From the NCBI GenBank assembly GCA_027604505.1, contig JADIIX010000069.1, forward strand, positions 1 through 64,000: a stretch of DNA of 64,000 nt. The letters are read 5' to 3'. The notes beneath the pieces are model-generated. The model worked only from the letters and a program-made list of their open reading frames with translations, was not told the origin of the DNA and ran no database searches. This DNA is from Gonapodya sp. JEL0774. Taxonomy: Eukaryota. Shown here piece by piece: positions 60,220 to 64,000 of this stretch; the stretch's first letter is position 1; each line of letters begins with the position of its first letter. The translations under genes were made by a program, and so were the position numbers.

Positions 60220-63200
60220 TCACGGCACAACCACCGCCGACGCAGCCCTCACCCTACCCCTTCCTCTTAGGTCTTCTCCATCGGTCCGCCACGTTTCGTC
60301 CCCATGCTCTACCCCGTTACCGTTCCCATTCCCATTTGCATTTGCGTTCACATTAACACTTCCCACGTTGTTTCCTGCCGTTCTCCTCCGTCCAAACAAC
60401 TGCCCTAACTTCGACCGGGCCGGTTGATGAACTTGTGTCACTGCTGACGATTGACTCGTCCCAACACGATTTCCTCCTGATGGACTCGAGTTCAACGCGG
60501 AGTATGCCACACTTTCTACGCTCCGCGAACGACCCTTCTTCGCCGACTGAGCAATAGGCGGCGCCAAAGTCGATTGCGGAATCGCGACCGAAGCTGACCC
60601 CCCAGGCGCAATCGTTGTTTGTGCGCTGTTGACCATCGGAGAATTGAGGCCGGCTGAGGCAGGCGTTAGTTCTGTATTCGCAGCAGGGACAGGTGCAGTT
60701 GCGCGCCCTCTACCAAAGATGCGACGGCGAGCAGGCTGGCCAGCCGGAATGGCAGAGGAGCCTCCGTTTGACGCACCTGACAGAATGGTGGTCTGTTGTG
60801 GCAAAGGCGAGTTCACCGAATGCACTGGAGTTCCGGAACTATGTGCACTCGTTGCTGGCACACCTCCTCCACTTAGCACTGGGAGGGCCGAGTCCCCGTC
60901 TCCACCTCTCACCCCGTCCCACGCTCCTCCTAATACTGCCATAAGAGAATCAGCACCCCCATCCTCCTCCCCTTCCTCATAATCGTCGTCATCATCTTCA
61001 CCATTCCTATCCCTATCCTTCTCTCTTTCACCTCGCATCTCGTTCCCTCTCCTGCCGCCTCCCCTGAAGTAACCTCCAATCCAACCCCTTACCCAACCAG
61101 CTCTCTGCCTGACGGCACGTTTGGCCATGCCCCAGTTCACACTGGCAGAGTTTCTCACTACGTACAACACGCCACACCAAGTGGCGACAAGGAGCAGGAA
61201 GAATAAGTCCCAGCTACAAACTCGAAGGATGAACAGGTAGCATGTGAGGATCATAAGCAAGCGGCGCCGATTTCGGACAAGGGTAAGCGCACGGAGATCT
61301 AAATGCAATGTGGTTATGTGGTGTTGCGGTGGCAAATCTTTTTAGCACTCGATCAGGACAGCAATTACTTCGAATAGATGAACCTCACCCCGATACGTCC
61401 TTCCACCTGGTGCTCCAACAAGTCCAGGGGGCACTACAATCAGCCTGAGGAACCACCGTGCCATATCCACCGGACCACCAACAGGTGCCTCAGGTGTGCG
61501 TTTTTGGATGTCCGACTCCGTGTGAATCCAAGCACGAATGGGATCCAGGTCGAAGAACGGAGCGGGCTTTAGGGAGCCAGAGGGTGGAGGCGGAAGAGGT
61601 GTAGATAGCGAGGGCTGGGTAGGCTTAGACACTGGTGTATTGGGGATTTTAGACAGGGGGACAAGAGGGACAACCGCTGGCGGCGCTGACGACGAGGACG
61701 CAGATGAAGTTGTGTTCATGGAAGCGCTGCGGAGGACCGTTGTACCACGAGGCCCGCCAAACGGGAGGCGGGGGCCCCGAAGTGGTGGAGGAGGCGAGGG
61801 TGAAGTTACGGGAGGCGACGTGTAAGGGGGAAGCAAGGAGGTGGGCCTGCGCGGTGTAACTGCAGGTGAGGGAGAGGGGGATACGGCAGGTGTCGAAACA
61901 GATGGCGCAGAGGATGGTGCAATAGGGAGAGATGCGATGGCAATTGGGGCAAGGAGATCAGGATGTTGGGATGGGGATGAGTTGGCAGCTGGAGGCAAGG
62001 GAGGTGATGCCGGTGGTGCAGGCGAGTCAGCAGCTACGATTGAGCGCCATTCTGAGTCGGAAACTGGAGAGGATATCGCGGAGATAGAGGAAGACGAGGA
62101 TGAGGATGAGAAGGAGGATGATGTGGAAGGGGATTGGGGTGCATCTGGTTCAATCTCCGGATCCGCCACCAAAGTGCTGTCATTTTCTGCCACAACCAAA
62201 GACAGTACTCCACTCTTACGCCTCGCTCGTCCCGGGATGGTTACTGGTGGTGATGTGGACACGGGAGCTGCAGGAGCGATCGAAGAGGCGGTCGACGACT
62301 CAAGCCACGATGAAGACGCTGCCGACGACGTCAAGGAATTTGTTGTCGCAAGCGATGACGCAGAGGCCGAGGGAGCAAAAGGGGTGGAAGAAGTGGACGA
62401 CGAGAATGTTCGCGTGCGAGAGGATAGGAGTCCCGGTACCGGTCTTGCAAGGACCGGTGAGGGTGGTAACATCGGGTGGGTCGCCCACATGGGATCGCAG
62501 AGTGGGGGTGGTGGTTCCTTCACCGAGTATGCGGGATCTTCAAGGCCGTGATTGATGGTCGTGGGTGAAGCTGGCGGCGAAAGGGTCCGTGTTGATGTAA
62601 TGGTGAGGAAAGGAGGAAAATCGGGAACAGAAGAAGGCGGCAGAGGTGGAGCTTCGGCGGGATTCACGGTGGTGGAGGTGAGGACGCGTTCATCGGGTTG
62701 GGAAAGCGGCGGGCTCCCATCCATTAAAGATGTCCCCTTGCGATTCGCGTTCCCGTTCCTGCTAACGCCGTTCTCCTCAATACTTTTGTCTCTATCCGTT
62801 ACAAATCTTCTCGCGCTAGCGCTGCGCTGCTTCGGGACGGCCTGCTTCAGGATTTTCACCGCACGTTTCGCCGTGAGTTTACCGGGCGAGGTGGATCCGG
62901 TTAAGGACGGCGGCAAGGACGATGGTGAAGAGTCAGTAGTGGGAGAAAGTGTGGCAAGGAGAAATATCCACGCCTGGGAAATGGCGGGAAAGGAGTCGGA
63001 TTCGGCGACTGAGTGGATGTGAAGAATGTTGTGAGACCGAGACCAACAAAGACATCAGCAATCACTTTCAAAACCTAAGTAGAGCGTGGTTGGCTTCGTG
63101 TAACGGCCAGACCCGTCGTGCGAATGCGAGCACGTCCAGGGGATCCATGCAACAAGCGGAAAATTGAGCGTGTCCACCGGCTGGCCAATAAAACGCTCTC

Positions 63201-63934
63201 TGCATATAGCATTGAAAGCCTCATAGTCACTTTGCGGCCCATTCCTGATATGACAGATAGGTGAAGAGCTCCCCCGGCTCTGCACATGGTCCCATCCCTT
63301 GTCTGACTTTCGAATACAAAGTGCAACTCTGGACACTTGGTCCTCAATACGCACGTTTGTACACCGGAAACGACCGCGACACAATCCGCCAAGCAGGGTG
63401 TGCGGGTGAAACGATATTGTTTGACGAGGATGTATGGGGAACGGAGGACGCCGAGGACGACGGATTCAGGTGGAGGAGGAGGAAGAATTGGGAGATGGAG
63501 TGTGTAGCCCAGGCAAGTGGGCGAAAGTTATGGACTATGGACGGGTGCACAAGGGCCGGTGGGAGTGTTGACAGTGGGGTCAATGATGCGGCTGTAGTGA
63601 TCGAGGAAGTCGTAGACTTCGGAGGGCCAGATACTGAGTTGCCGGTGGAAACCGTGAAAGCCGTGGAGAGTAACCGATTATTATCTTCAGATGCCTGCGA
63701 GACATTATGAGTGTGCGTCGAGTTGAGTCCCAAGGCAGACATGGACTGCGATCGTTGCAGAAGTATGCCTGTGCTCCGAGCACTCGTCGCGATGCCCGAG
63801 CTGGAAATGGCATCCATGCCCCCCACATAGATATCCGCGCCAGTTTCTCGCTCGGTTGTTCCAACCGGCACTACTGATGCGGTCCCAATGCCCGCAACCG
63901 AGCCATTCGCCACAACTGCGATTTGTTCTGCCAT
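60220..63934 (-). CDS. Large Ser/Pro-rich hypothetical membrane protein with a two-TM hairpin
   Basis: ORFs 63344-63961, 61342-62916 and 60220-61335 are joined by introns, including 61338-61388. The ordered core is LHLDLRALTLVRNRRRLLMILTCYLFILRVCSWDLFFLLLVATWCGVLYVV...AKRAVRQRAGW. Confidence 0.7.
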
Positions 63935-64000
63935 CACGCTCGGTCTCACCACCACCTCCAAGTTGCGTTTCTGAAATTTTCAGAAGCGCGAGGGCGAGCG

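Noticed and set aside
61335..61345. Two large ORFs separated by a few bases, suggesting stop readthrough
   Set aside because: A 51-nt intron (61338-61388) removes the stop.

Overview
This is eukaryotic, gene-dense, intron-rich DNA. Most introns are about 50-100 nt GT-AG, and the gene content points to an early-diverging zoosporic (chytrid-like) fungus; that taxonomy is an inference. About 21 spliced protein-coding genes are supported: a FUSC/ArAE-type transporter, a GST, a CaiB/BaiF CoA-transferase, an MFS transporter, two type-I membrane proteins, a POMGNT2-like GT61 glycosyltransferase, FHIP/FAM160, a GyrI-like protein, a GAF-PDE, a DH-PH RhoGEF, HYPK, a GRE2-like reductase, Nic96, an Mx-like dynamin, an Rtt107/Brc1-like BRCT protein and several hypothetical proteins. 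The most unusual element is a 4-exon gene (39379-42127, minus strand) that the ORF track splits into pieces. Spliced by hand it encodes about 842 aa: three Unkempt-like CCCH RNA-binding fingers, three ~48-50 aa repeats, Sel1-like repeats and a C-terminal PD-(D/E)XK (RecB/Cas4-like) nuclease domain. It lies about 4 kb from the Mx-like dynamin and is a candidate nucleic-acid-sensing defence or RNA-decay effector. Also notable are an apparent fungal orthologue of animal POMGNT2 and several bacterial-type genes that carry introns. No rRNA, tRNA, CRISPR array or intact transposon was recognised. CDS coordinates give whole-gene spans including introns, and exon structures were inferred by eye.
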